IMG/VR virus record: IMGVR_UViG_3300022929_000029
Coordinates: 1-57,282 of that record
Strand: one strand, 5' to 3'
Origin: a virus
Taxonomy: Duplodnaviria > Caudoviricetes
Length of the DNA stretch: 57,282 bases
Below the pieces are notes generated by a model. That model did not search any database. It saw only the letters and a program-made list of their open reading frames with translations, and was not told the DNA's origin. Below are positions 37,563 through 46,622 of this stretch, in pieces (the stretch's first letter is position 1; every line of letters starts with the position of its first letter). The position numbers and the translations under genes were made by a program.

Positions 37563-38552
37563 TTAATAACCTCCACGCTGATTGTTGATACTGGTGTATT
37601 CACCGTCTGCTTTTTCTACTTTAAGCTTTTCGGCTGCGTACTGTTCAAGTGGTATCCCCCATTTCTCTGCAAGCCGTACATCTTCTTGAGATAACTTAAC
37701 CTTGCGACCAGAGCTAGGATTGGGAGTGCGTGACGCTCCTGCTACAACTTGAGAAGCTTTGCTCGGTGCTTCATTCCGTGTTTCGACTTTCTCTGATGCT
37801 TCAAACCTAGAAGGAAAAGCACTTGAAAGTCTTTTGTCAATTTCTTCATAATACTCTTCGTCTGATGGGTCATACCCCTCATCCTTCATGCTGGCATCAA
37901 TCTGAAGCGCAGCTTGAGTAAGAATATTGTCCTGTCCGAACCAAGGATTTTTAGCAGCCCATGCAATCGCTTTAGGATCATAATTTTCTGCTGCTGCTGT
38001 TGTTGGCTGTGCAGGTGATGCTTCACGGCTGTTCGCAAGTTCCTCTTGGTACTTTTGATATGCGTGTTGACTTTGCCGAAGCTGCATAGCTTCTGTTTGA
38101 GCAATAGTCATAGCTTCCTGTGCAGCCAACATCCTGTCGGCATCTCCGCTTTCAACGGCTTGACGATAAGCATTCTTAGACATTTCTAACTTATCGGCAA
38201 TTGAACGCTCATTATTATCAAGATTACTCTTAATGCTATTAGCGTATTCAGTTTCTCGTTCTTTTAGTTTAGCCTCAAGAGCTTCTTGACGAGACTGCAA
38301 TTCAGCAATCTGTGCCTCACGCTCTTTACGCTGTCGAACAAGTTGGCGAATACGTTTCTGTGCGCCCGATTCTTTTTCTTCAGTTTCTTCTGCCACCCCT
38401 TGCTCTTGGGTTTTTTGCTGAACATCTTCGGCATCTCCAAGATCTAGCTGTGGTTGTTCTTCTTCTGAGGCGGCTTCGTTTTCAATTTCAAACTCTACCT
38501 TCTCTTCCTCTTTTTCGGCTTGAGGGCTTACCGTTGTCCAATCATCAGACAT
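37563..38552 (-). CDS. Scaffolding protein (putative)
   Basis: Acidic coiled coil, QKRI..L, W...NPWFG.D and basic C-terminal helix; position between portal and MCP. Confidence 0.7.
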   Translation of the reverse strand: MSDDWTTVSPQAEKEEEKVEFEIENEAASEEEQPQLDLGDAEDVQQKTQEQGVAEETEEKESGAQKRIRQLVRQRKEREAQIAELQSRQEALEAKLKERETEYANSIKSNLDNNERSIADKLEMSKNAYRQAVESGDADRMLAAQEAMTIAQTEAMQLRQSQHAYQKYQEELANSREASPAQPTTAAAENYDPKAIAWAAKNPWFGQDNILTQAALQIDASMKDEGYDPSDEEYYEEIDKRLSSAFPSRFEASEKVETRNEAPSKASQVVAGASRTPNPSSGRKVKLSQEDVRLAEKWGIPLEQYAAEKLKVEKADGEYTSINNQRGGY

Positions 38553-38606
38553 ATAATTCTCCTTTTAACGTCAGATGCGATTACTGACGAATTACGCTTA
38601 ATTGTT

Positions 38607-38635
38607 ATAATACACTAACTAAGTAGGTTATACAA
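38607..38635 (-). promoter_or_regulatory. Promoter for scaffold/capsid genes, with a leader hairpin at 38569-38589
   Basis: TTGTAT-N17-TATTAT; CGTCAG/CTGACG stem before the RBS. Confidence 0.55.
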
Positions 38636-38646
38636 TAGCTAGTGGG

Positions 38647-39063
38647 TTAATTTGATAGGTTAAAGGTTGGATCTAGTTCTTTTGGATCATTAATGACCAT
38701 AGATATTTGATCATCAAACATCAAAAGCATTCTTACTCCCTTATAAAAAAACTTCTGTCCTGTATGTTTTCCATAACAGACATAATCTCCAACAGAACAC
38801 CAAGGACCTTTTGGAAATTTCTTGTCATCTTCATAAGCTGTATCACCGATTGCTAGAACTTTGCCAACCGTTGTAAGGATGGAAATATCATTTACTGTAG
38901 AATCAGGTAGTAGAATACCACCTTTTGTTTGTTTCTTTACGGATACAGGTCTTACAAGAATATGATAACCTGGGATATGTGGAAGAACAGTTGGATCTGG
39001 TGCTTCATCTGCAGAGATCCATTGATCATTCAACATTGCTTTTTCCATTGCTACTGCTTGCAT
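38647..39063 (-). CDS. groES: GroES-like co-chaperonin
   Basis: ILVRP....QTKGGILLP...GKVLAIG...VGD.V...K..G motif. Confidence 0.85.
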   Translation of the reverse strand: MQAVAMEKAMLNDQWISADEAPDPTVLPHIPGYHILVRPVSVKKQTKGGILLPDSTVNDISILTTVGKVLAIGDTAYEDDKKFPKGPWCSVGDYVCYGKHTGQKFFYKGVRMLLMFDDQISMVINDPKELDPTFNLSN

Positions 39064-39065
39064 TT

Positions 39066-39257
39066 TTACTCCTCGTCATCTTCGTATATCATTTTGTTGA
39101 CTATACTTTTAATTTCCACTAAGGCATACTCAAGTCCTTGAATACGCCCAACTAGATTTGTATAGCTATGATAATCCGAAGCACCGCCAGATGCAAGCGT
39201 TATTTTCACTGATTCAATTTCTTTTGCCAGTGTTTTGTAAATTTCTTCATAAATCAT
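39066..39257 (-). CDS. Conserved small head-module protein
   Basis: Y....G.I.GL motif; coupled to neighbours. Confidence 0.7.
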   Translation of the reverse strand: MIYEEIYKTLAKEIESVKITLASGGASDYHSYTNLVGRIQGLEYALVEIKSIVNKMIYEDDEE

Positions 39258-40153
39258 TAAATTAGTTTCTGGTAATCTGAACCATAAGGGTTACGTTCTA
39301 TTACAGAGCCTCCACGTTTTCTTTCATTAGCTGGTGTAGGCATTTCCATTAACCCAGGCTCTGAGCGTTGAATAAAATCTGTAGTTGGTTTTACATATCC
39401 TATTTCTTCTAAATCTAAAATAGCTTGATTTCTAATATCCATCTGTGATTTAATATAATCTTCTATATTAAAATTATCAAAAAAACCATCATCAGCTAGT
39501 GTTTGCATTCCTTTAGCATCAATGAATATATCTTGATCTGTTTGGTTTGCCATACGAACAAGAGCAGCTCTGTCCTTTATAGGTTTGTCAACCTCAATCA
39601 TTTTAGAATTTATTTTAGCAAGCTGTCTTTTTTCTAATTGAGTTAATCCATCTTCAATTTCATATGTTACGCTTATAACCCTATCACCTTCTCTTTTAAT
39701 GTCTGGGTTTTTATTATAACCTGGACGATACTTTTTCTGAAGTTCTATATACTTTTTAACTTCTGCAGGACTAATATCTGCACCTGCTTTACGTATAGCT
39801 TTAATACTATCTAAAGAAACAAACGGAGACAAACCATTATCAAACTTATCTATATTAGGATTAAAACCTGCAAGTTCTGAATTTCGTTTTGGTCTTAATA
39901 ATGCTGGTTGCTCAGAATAACCAGGCAAGTTAGCGGCAATGTCAGGCAAACCACCTTTACGAATATCTTCCATAGGTATTCCTTGAATGGTACGTTCTTC
40001 AAGAAACTCTCTTTGAAGTGTATTTTCTTCTAATGGAAGTTCTTTATCAAGTTTTTCTTTTATACCTTGTGGAATATCTAGAGCTTTTTTAGGAACCTTT
40101 TTAGGTTTAGTAGATCCCTTCATCGCTAATTTTAAAAGTTTACTTAATGCCAT
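39257..40153 (-). CDS. Portal-adjacent tagged protein 2 (unknown core)
   Basis: MALSKLLK..KGS N-terminus and GGSVIERNPYGSDYQKLI C-terminus. Confidence 0.75.
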   Translation of the reverse strand: MALSKLLKLAMKGSTKPKKVPKKALDIPQGIKEKLDKELPLEENTLQREFLEERTIQGIPMEDIRKGGLPDIAANLPGYSEQPALLRPKRNSELAGFNPNIDKFDNGLSPFVSLDSIKAIRKAGADISPAEVKKYIELQKKYRPGYNKNPDIKREGDRVISVTYEIEDGLTQLEKRQLAKINSKMIEVDKPIKDRAALVRMANQTDQDIFIDAKGMQTLADDGFFDNFNIEDYIKSQMDIRNQAILDLEEIGYVKPTTDFIQRSEPGLMEMPTPANERKRGGSVIERNPYGSDYQKLI

Positions 40154-40998
40154 TATATTAACCTTTGATAGTCACCATAAGGGTTACGTTCTATGCGTCC
40201 ACCTGATTTCTTTTGAACAATTTCTGATATGCGTGGTAGGTCTGCCAATCCTGCTTCAGCATTAATAGCCCTAACTTCTGCATCAGAAAGAACACGATTG
40301 ACTTTCATTTCACCACCAATAATCCAATTACCTGTCATATTAGGATTTGTTTTATATCTGTAATGTCCACGTTTAGGAAGTTGGTCAGTAATGTGTGCAG
40401 TTTTTATATCAGGTGTACCATCTTTTTTAATCCTTGCACGTTCATTTGCTACAGCTTGCCAATTAACATCGGCTGGCATTTCTACTTCTGCCCATACCTG
40501 ATTATCTTCACGAACATTAGGTTTAAACTTAGGGTCTTTAACACGTTTACCAGTAGCAGGGTCAATCTTACCACCAATATGTGTAGCCATAGGAAGATCA
40601 CCAGCGTGCCATCCAGGTCTAAAAGCTAATGGACCAAGAGTAGACTTTACTTTACCTGCATCTGTTAATTCACCTGCAGTTGCTTCCAACCATTTACCAA
40701 TTGGAACAGGTTCTTTTGCATTAACAAAAAGTGGATATAGTTCTCCGTCTTTACCAACTCTAAAAAGTTTAAATGCTTTTATAGTGTTTTGTGGTGGCTC
40801 ATAATCATGAACTTTAACTTTTTGTGTATTTTCTAAAAGTTCATCAGAAACTTTTGCTGCGGCTACTTGCTTCTCATCCATATTTGAAAGAGAGGCTAAA
40901 CCTTCACGTGCTTGATTAACTGTTTTAGGTGCAGCTTTTTTAGGGGCTTGTTTAGCAGAACCCTTAATTACTTCTTTAAGTATTTTACTGAGAGCCAC
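40153..40998 (-). CDS. Portal-adjacent tagged protein 1 (globular core with YPLFV/RPGWH/WAEVE motifs)
   Basis: GTG start; MALSKILK..KGS N-terminus and GGRIERNPYGDYQRLI C-terminus. Confidence 0.75.
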   Translation of the reverse strand: MALSKILKEVIKGSAKQAPKKAAPKTVNQAREGLASLSNMDEKQVAAAKVSDELLENTQKVKVHDYEPPQNTIKAFKLFRVGKDGELYPLFVNAKEPVPIGKWLEATAGELTDAGKVKSTLGPLAFRPGWHAGDLPMATHIGGKIDPATGKRVKDPKFKPNVREDNQVWAEVEMPADVNWQAVANERARIKKDGTPDIKTAHITDQLPKRGHYRYKTNPNMTGNWIIGGEMKVNRVLSDAEVRAINAEAGLADLPRISEIVQKKSGGRIERNPYGDYQRLI

Positions 40999-43489
40999 TT
41001 TGTTTTGCTCCTTCCATTAATACCTTAGTAAGAACGTCAACCCCTTTCATAGCTTCTGTTTGATCAAGCTGCTCTTGCGTTTTAATCAAATCAGCAATAA
41101 GCTTGAGTGCTTCGATTGCACGTTTGTTATTACGATCAGCTTCTTTTTCGTCAGCCTTCAAGGTATTCTCTGCACCAATCTTATAGGCATCAAGAGAAAG
41201 CTTCTGTTCTTTAAGGTCAAGGTCACGTTGCTTGAGTGCGCCTTCGACAGCTTCTTTAGCAAGCTGTGCCTGTACTTTTTGCTGTTCAATGTCAAGACGT
41301 TGTGCTTCCATTTGAACCATTGCTTGCTCTGGTGTAGGACCAGCTTGAGCAGCGGCTTGGTTTGCTTGCATAACTTGCTGTGCAGCTTGAGCCATAACCA
41401 TTTCAATAATCTGTGGGTTCTGAGCATTTGGATCACCCGCAGGTGCCTCTGCCATCATACCACGTGTTACGCCTTGTATTTGTTCTTGATACTTCATAAT
41501 CATATGCTCTTGAATGTTTGCCTGAAGGACAGGAGCAATACGTTGCATCATTGGGTTTCCACCATTCATAGGATCTTGCATATACATAGTCTTGATCTGA
41601 ATATGTGCATCATGATTTTGTCCAGCAAATGCTTTGATAGGCAATCCTTTAACTGCTGCTTCAATATCTGATACAGGATCAAGAGGTTGTGCTGCCAGTT
41701 TACTTGGAAGGATCTTATCAATATTAGGAATATTAGCCGCATGTAATAATGTACGGTTTAGTTCTTCCATGTTGTACATGCCCGGAGGAGCCGTTTGAGC
41801 CAACTGCATAGCCATCTGTGTCATCATAAGACGATGTGCGGATGACGGAATGTTTGGATCACTGACAGGAACAACGTCTACCCGCCCATCGAAGTCACGC
41901 CTAAAGACATTCTCTGTAATACCAGGTACATCATACGGATAACTGTTAGGCAAGAACTCATAGTTCAAACGAGCAAGAATTTTAAACTCGTCTTTCTGTG
42001 ATTTATGCAGACGCTTATGAATAGCTGAAAAGAACTTGCTAGATGCTTCAAGCAATGCCATAGTCGTACCGACAGGACCATAGTTAGCCCCATCTGTAAT
42101 GACTTGCTCAGTCGTATCTGCAAACTTCTGACCTGCCGCTGCAATAAACTGTAGCAACGTAAACAATGTACCTGAAGGTTCTTTATAAGGCAAAGGCACA
42201 ATAGACTTGGTAAGATCCATGCCTGTTGCTTCTACTTCCTTAAATTCACCCGGAGCCACTGGATCATTGTCACCTACAATACGTACACCCTTGGCTTTAA
42301 ATCCACCAGGCAAGTTAGCAAACTGTCCTGCGTCAATAAGGTTACGCAGTGCTGCAGTTGCAGACATAGTAAGGTTGCCAAGGAAATGGATAAGACCTAG
42401 ACCATAAAAACCAAAGCCCGGAACAAACCGATAATGTGTAAAGAACATTTTCTTTTTCTTTGTTTTGTCATCTTCATTCCAGTTACGGCGAATAGACAAA
42501 ACCATACGTGACTGTTCTTCTACAGTTACAATATACGGACAAGCATATCCATGATCTTCAATGTCCAGATAACAGTGCTGCTCAAGCAACACATACTGTG
42601 GATCGTCATCGCCTGAAGGTGACAAACCAAGAACTGTGTCCATCTTTTCAGTAAGAGCAGACTGTTCTGGTTGTTTCGCTTCCGGCAGATCTATTTCGGC
42701 ATACATACCTGCTTCGATCTGACGATACAGTTCATGAGGACTGCGATAGATTACATGGGTATAGCGGTCCGCCCTGCGTAAGTCTGTGGCATAGTAGGAC
42801 ACGTAGAATTGATCTATGGGAACAAACTCACTAACAGGGCGTTCTTCTGCTGCGTCATAGTAAATTTTCTTAAACGCAGAACCTATGAGTGGAAGATGGA
42901 ACAGCATCCTCTCAAATTCATCAAAGTATTCGGGCATTTGTTCAGTCAACTGATAGTTCATAAAGTTCTGAACACGTGATGCCTGACGTTGTTTTTCTTC
43001 TGTAGCATCGCCTAATACCTGTGTCTTGACAGGTCCAGCGGCTGGAAATAATTCTTGGGAAGCTCTTGACTGAAACTTTACTGCAGATTCAATAAGCAAT
43101 GGATGCACTGCAGTTGCTGCACCTTCAAATGGTTCTGTAGTTTCGTCAAGCTTTAGACCAAGCAGATCAAAGCCACGCTCAAACATAGATTCCCATTCAG
43201 ATCTGGAATCTCTATCTGCTTCAAACTTTTCACATACCTGATTACCAATGTCTAGTAGTTCGTCTTCGTCCAGAGTTTCAACTAGGTTTTCATAGAAGCC
43301 GCCTTTTTCCATTACGGCAATACCGTCTTCGTCAATCTCAACCTCTACAGATCCAAAGTCTACTTCGACTTCGCCTGTTTCTGGATCTATTTCAATACTT
43401 ACATTGTCTGTGGGATCTCGTTCAACATCCAGTGCAATTACATTGCTCACTGGTGCATCAACCTCATAAGGGTTTCTTTCTGTTGCCAT
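40985..43489 (-). CDS. Portal protein
   Basis: Follows TerL; GSAFKK.Y.D, Y.F.PG.GFYG.GL and D.G...NLP.GFK motifs; long Gln-rich C-terminal barrel as in P22-like portals. Confidence 0.85.
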   Translation of the reverse strand: MATERNPYEVDAPVSNVIALDVERDPTDNVSIEIDPETGEVEVDFGSVEVEIDEDGIAVMEKGGFYENLVETLDEDELLDIGNQVCEKFEADRDSRSEWESMFERGFDLLGLKLDETTEPFEGAATAVHPLLIESAVKFQSRASQELFPAAGPVKTQVLGDATEEKQRQASRVQNFMNYQLTEQMPEYFDEFERMLFHLPLIGSAFKKIYYDAAEERPVSEFVPIDQFYVSYYATDLRRADRYTHVIYRSPHELYRQIEAGMYAEIDLPEAKQPEQSALTEKMDTVLGLSPSGDDDPQYVLLEQHCYLDIEDHGYACPYIVTVEEQSRMVLSIRRNWNEDDKTKKKKMFFTHYRFVPGFGFYGLGLIHFLGNLTMSATAALRNLIDAGQFANLPGGFKAKGVRIVGDNDPVAPGEFKEVEATGMDLTKSIVPLPYKEPSGTLFTLLQFIAAAGQKFADTTEQVITDGANYGPVGTTMALLEASSKFFSAIHKRLHKSQKDEFKILARLNYEFLPNSYPYDVPGITENVFRRDFDGRVDVVPVSDPNIPSSAHRLMMTQMAMQLAQTAPPGMYNMEELNRTLLHAANIPNIDKILPSKLAAQPLDPVSDIEAAVKGLPIKAFAGQNHDAHIQIKTMYMQDPMNGGNPMMQRIAPVLQANIQEHMIMKYQEQIQGVTRGMMAEAPAGDPNAQNPQIIEMVMAQAAQQVMQANQAAAQAGPTPEQAMVQMEAQRLDIEQQKVQAQLAKEAVEGALKQRDLDLKEQKLSLDAYKIGAENTLKADEKEADRNNKRAIEALKLIADLIKTQEQLDQTEAMKGVDVLTKVLMEGAKQSGSQ

Positions 43490-43530
43490 TATTTACGTGT
43501 CCTTGTAAATTAGTATTAATCAATTTTTAT

Positions 43531-43559
43531 ATTATACCCTTAAGCTCTCCAGTACGCAA
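43531..43559 (-). promoter_or_regulatory. Promoter for the portal unit
   Basis: TTGCGT-N17-TATAAT on the - strand. Confidence 0.55.
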
Positions 43560-45099
43560 CCCTCTTTTTTGTTCTTGGCTCGTCTTCCCAATTAGGATCT
43601 TCAGGGTGGATAAGGTTCCAACTGTCCTTCATGTAATGAACAGCCATAGTCATACAGTCAACTTGGTCATCGTGTGCGCCATTAGGAAATGACATACACT
43701 CTTCAAACAAATCGTCTGCAAATTGTCTGTCCTTTGGTAGCCACACACGCCCTGATTCCATCATAGGCGTTGAAGCGTATACCCTTGCAACCTTGTCACG
43801 GTCAGGTAGATAATCCAGTACAGGTAGACCTGCCCTTCTCATATCCTGTATAAGGGATTGTCCTGAAGCTTTCTTTTCAATAATACAAACATCGGGTCTA
43901 TACTCCTGATATAATTCTTGGGCAATCCTACGCAGTTCAGGATATTCAAACCTCCCCCGGATGTTACCCAGGAGAATTAGATTGGACGTAATATGCTCAC
44001 CACCGTACTCGTCTTTTTCAAACTGACTAAAGATACCCCAAGTCTGGATAACGCTGTAGTCGGCAGTCCTGCGGGTACTAAAGGCCGTGTCATAGGTCTG
44101 GATAATAAAGTCACAGTTAGGTGGCTCGTCATCTTCCCACCATTCAATCCAACGCTTCTTGATAATACCACCGTCATCTGGGCTAGGATCTTGCATATAC
44201 AAAGAGTTCCAGTACCTGGCACCGTTGGTTGCTCGTATTTCCTGTTCGTCAACCCTAAGAACTTCGTCAGGTTTCCACTCAGGGAAGTACGAAGTACCTT
44301 CTGGTAGTCCTAATAAGTCTGCAGCTTCTTCGTCAAGCCATGCAGGTATACTAATAACTTCCCATTTGTTTGTTGTTTCTTCTACCTTACTTTCTTGTTT
44401 CAATAACCAACCACAAAGATCGTCATAATGATACCTTGTATTGACAATAATAATAGAACCGTTAGGCATAATACGAGTACGTAAGCCTGCAGGATACCAT
44501 TCCTTGATATACCTACGTCCTGCTTCGCTAAATGAATCCTCTTCAGACATTACGTCATCCAATAGGGCTACGTGTGCGCCACGTCCTGCTACTTGGCTAC
44601 GTACACCTGCTGCATAATAGGAACCATTCTGGTTTGTTTTCCATTTACCTGCCGCCTTAACGTCACTACGTAGTGCTACACCTCTAAAAATCTTTTGAAA
44701 CTTCTCAGTATTGACAATATCCCTGACAGTTCTACCAAAATCACTGGCAAGCTGGTCAGAGTGAGACACTGACATAATTTCATGGTGTGCAAAGTTACCA
44801 ATGTACCATGCAGGAAACAATTTACTACAGATTACCGACTTAGATGAGCGAGGTGGTAGGAATACCATCAGTCGTTTGGTAGATCCGTCCACTACTCCCT
44901 GTAGCTTTTCACATAATAACTCAATATGCCTACCCATTTGGAAGTCTGAAACAATTGTGGGTGCAAATATCTTGACAAAGGTTAGGAAATCATCCTTGGC
45001 TTTGTAGTTATTGTAGTTATTAATCTTCTCTCGCAGGGTTAAGTAGGCTGACACACCCTGAATATCAGGGAGTTCTTCATTAGTATGACTATCTAACAT
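43540..45099 (-). CDS. terL: Terminase large subunit
   Basis: Walker A LPPRSSKS, Walker B ALLDD, nuclease motifs YDTA and HDDQVD. Confidence 0.93.
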   Translation of the reverse strand: MLDSHTNEELPDIQGVSAYLTLREKINNYNNYKAKDDFLTFVKIFAPTIVSDFQMGRHIELLCEKLQGVVDGSTKRLMVFLPPRSSKSVICSKLFPAWYIGNFAHHEIMSVSHSDQLASDFGRTVRDIVNTEKFQKIFRGVALRSDVKAAGKWKTNQNGSYYAAGVRSQVAGRGAHVALLDDVMSEEDSFSEAGRRYIKEWYPAGLRTRIMPNGSIIIVNTRYHYDDLCGWLLKQESKVEETTNKWEVISIPAWLDEEAADLLGLPEGTSYFPEWKPDEVLRVDEQEIRATNGARYWNSLYMQDPSPDDGGIIKKRWIEWWEDDEPPNCDFIIQTYDTAFSTRRTADYSVIQTWGIFSQFEKDEYGGEHITSNLILLGNIRGRFEYPELRRIAQELYQEYRPDVCIIEKKASGQSLIQDMRRAGLPVLDYLPDRDKVARVYASTPMMESGRVWLPKDRQFADDLFEECMSFPNGAHDDQVDCMTMAVHYMKDSWNLIHPEDPNWEDEPRTKKRVAYWRA

Positions 45100-45299
45100 T
45101 AAGTAGGTGTACCCTTTTTAATTTGACATTTATATTTTATTCCTATAACTGGAGGTGTTCTTTCATCAGAAACAAAATCACTAACCATCTCGGTTATTCT
45201 AGCTTTACAAGACATTTCTGTTTTGTGCAAACCTCTAGTGTCTGTCAATTCTATACATTCTGTAGAGATTAGACAAACTAAAACTAACGCTTCAAACAT
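45099..45299 (-). CDS. Small Cys-containing hypothetical protein
   Basis: AAGGA RBS; TAATG coupling to terL. Confidence 0.65.
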   Translation of the reverse strand: MFEALVLVCLISTECIELTDTRGLHKTEMSCKARITEMVSDFVSDERTPPVIGIKYKCQIKKGTPT

Positions 45300-45378
45300 A
45301 ATTAATCCTTATGTGTTGTATTTTTATCACACTCTTTAAAAAATGTACTGGTTGACAAACAAAAGTATACCATAGCTA

Positions 45379-45407
45379 TTGACAATCATACAAGTGAATG
45401 TTATAAT
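45379..45407 (+). promoter_or_regulatory. Consensus sigma70 promoter facing non-coding DNA
   Basis: TTGACA-N17-TATAAT with TG extension. Confidence 0.8.
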
Positions 45408-45409
45408 AC

Positions 45410-45570
45410 CTATATAGTTATTAAGAGGTTTGTAAAAGATAGTAATAATAATAAATAATGGTAACAAACTCTAAAGAGTTCTAAAGAACTATATAGACTA
45501 TTAAGCCCCGGCTGTCCCCCATGTCTATTAGGAACGCTAATATACCTCATAGGTATCCGTGTTTTTTTAT
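45410..45570 (+). ncRNA. Candidate ~150-nt hairpin RNA
   Basis: CTATATAGTT/AACTATATAG and AGAG(G)TTTGT/ACAAACTCT nested stems; ATACCT/AGGTAT stem then a T run. Confidence 0.3.
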
Positions 45571-45596
45571 TTCATCTATTTTTCCCTACATCATCC

Positions 45597-45898
45597 GTCA
45601 AAAAATTGACAGTATCTATAGAGATTTCTGTAGGTACCCTTTTTGTGTTGCAAAAATATTACAGTCAATGATTAAAGACCCTTGTTTTTTTGAAAATATG
45701 TTTGGGGGTGTCTTTATATATTATATAGTCTACGGATTTTTTTGGTGGGGGTGTCAAAAAATTGACGCTTCTACCGAGAACAAATCGTGAACAAAAAAAA
45801 GTCAAGCAAAATCTTGTCAATAATTTGACGTGTCAAAACTTTGACGCCCGGAAAAGAACAAAACGAGAACATCAGGTTTGTCAAGTCATTTATTTGAC
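45597..45898. repeat. Five GTCAA-N4-TTGAC palindromes
   Basis: At 45597, 45753, 45816, 45832 and 45885 (the last has one mismatch). Confidence 0.85.
45778..45870. promoter_or_regulatory. Two alphaproteobacterial LexA-type boxes
   Basis: GAAC-AAATCGT-GAAC (45778-45792) and GAAC-AAAACGA-GAAC (45856-45870). Confidence 0.65.
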
Positions 45899-45925
45899 AC
45901 TTAGGCTACCCTATATAATAAAGTC

Positions 45926-46020
45926 AAGACTAACTAGGCCTGCCCCCCCTAACAAGTTTAGCCATGCCTAACATTTCCTGCCGAGACTAACAAGGTTTGA
46001 TTAGACTAACAAGGTTTGAT
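45926..46020. repeat. Iteron-like ~19-bp period repeats
   Basis: AGACTAACAAGGTTTGAT twice exactly (45984, 46003), plus three degenerate CTAAC copies upstream. Confidence 0.75.
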
Positions 46021-46196
46021 CATACGAAAGACCTGTATAGTGTGACATTTTTACAACACCTGCAGCATAAATGTCACAGTCTATCTATTTGTTTTAACGT
46101 GTTATCACACTGAAACAACCTGTGTTAGCGTGTTAGCACATTAAAACGCCTTTATATATATTATAAAGTCAAAACCATTATTCCCATGATTAACCA

Positions 46197-46233
46197 GAAC
46201 GAAACAGGAACGTACTAGGAACGAAACAGGAAC
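46197..46233. promoter_or_regulatory. Tandem LexA-type boxes (four GAAC at 11-bp period)
   Basis: GAAC at 46197, 46208, 46219 and 46230, each separated by N7. Confidence 0.65.
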
Positions 46234-46274
46234 ATTGCAGATTTTCAAAAATCACCCAAAATAAAACCCAATAA

Positions 46275-46326
46275 AATCAATGACTTATTTTTTAGGCTTG
46301 AAAGCTGCTTTTTTTTCATTCATAAC
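46275..46326 (+). promoter_or_regulatory. IHF-consensus site and candidate first early promoter
   Basis: AATCAA-TGAC-TTA matches WATCAANNNNTTR; TTGAAA-N17-CATAAC at 46298-46326. Confidence 0.45.
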
Positions 46327-46363
46327 ATAATCACAAGAACAAAACAGAAAAGTGATTAAGACA

Positions 46364-46567
46364 ATGGCAAGGCAAAGATTAAATCCAAAACGGCGGAAAG
46401 CTTTAAGAGTAAAACAAAGCTTATCGCATAATGTGCCAGCCATTAGCAACGGTTATAAATTTTGGACAATGCGTCACGGTAAAGAGATGCAAAACATAGA
46501 ACCAATAAAAGAACCATTGCCAACAATTGCGGAAAGGTTGCGAGTGAAAAAAGCACACACTAGGTAA
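46364..46567 (+). CDS. Basic early protein
   Basis: First ORF of the early arm. Confidence 0.5.
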   Translation: MARQRLNPKRRKALRVKQSLSHNVPAISNGYKFWTMRHGKEMQNIEPIKEPLPTIAERLRVKKAHTR

Positions 46568-46622
46568 TACCTAGTTATATATAGGGCTTGTGTGTCTGCA
46601 AAAGACCCGCCCGAATGTTGAG

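Noticed and set aside
41060-44428. Antisense and alternate-frame ORFs within portal and terL (and similar shadows genome-wide)
   Set aside because: Fully nested in conserved genes and explained by codon bias.
45521-45971. ORF-track entries 45521-45790 and 45762-45971
   Set aside because: No RBS, atypical composition, and they run through repeat/operator arrays.
45926-46233. Short repeats as a mini CRISPR array
   Set aside because: Repeats are directly tandem (11-19 bp period) with no unique spacers.
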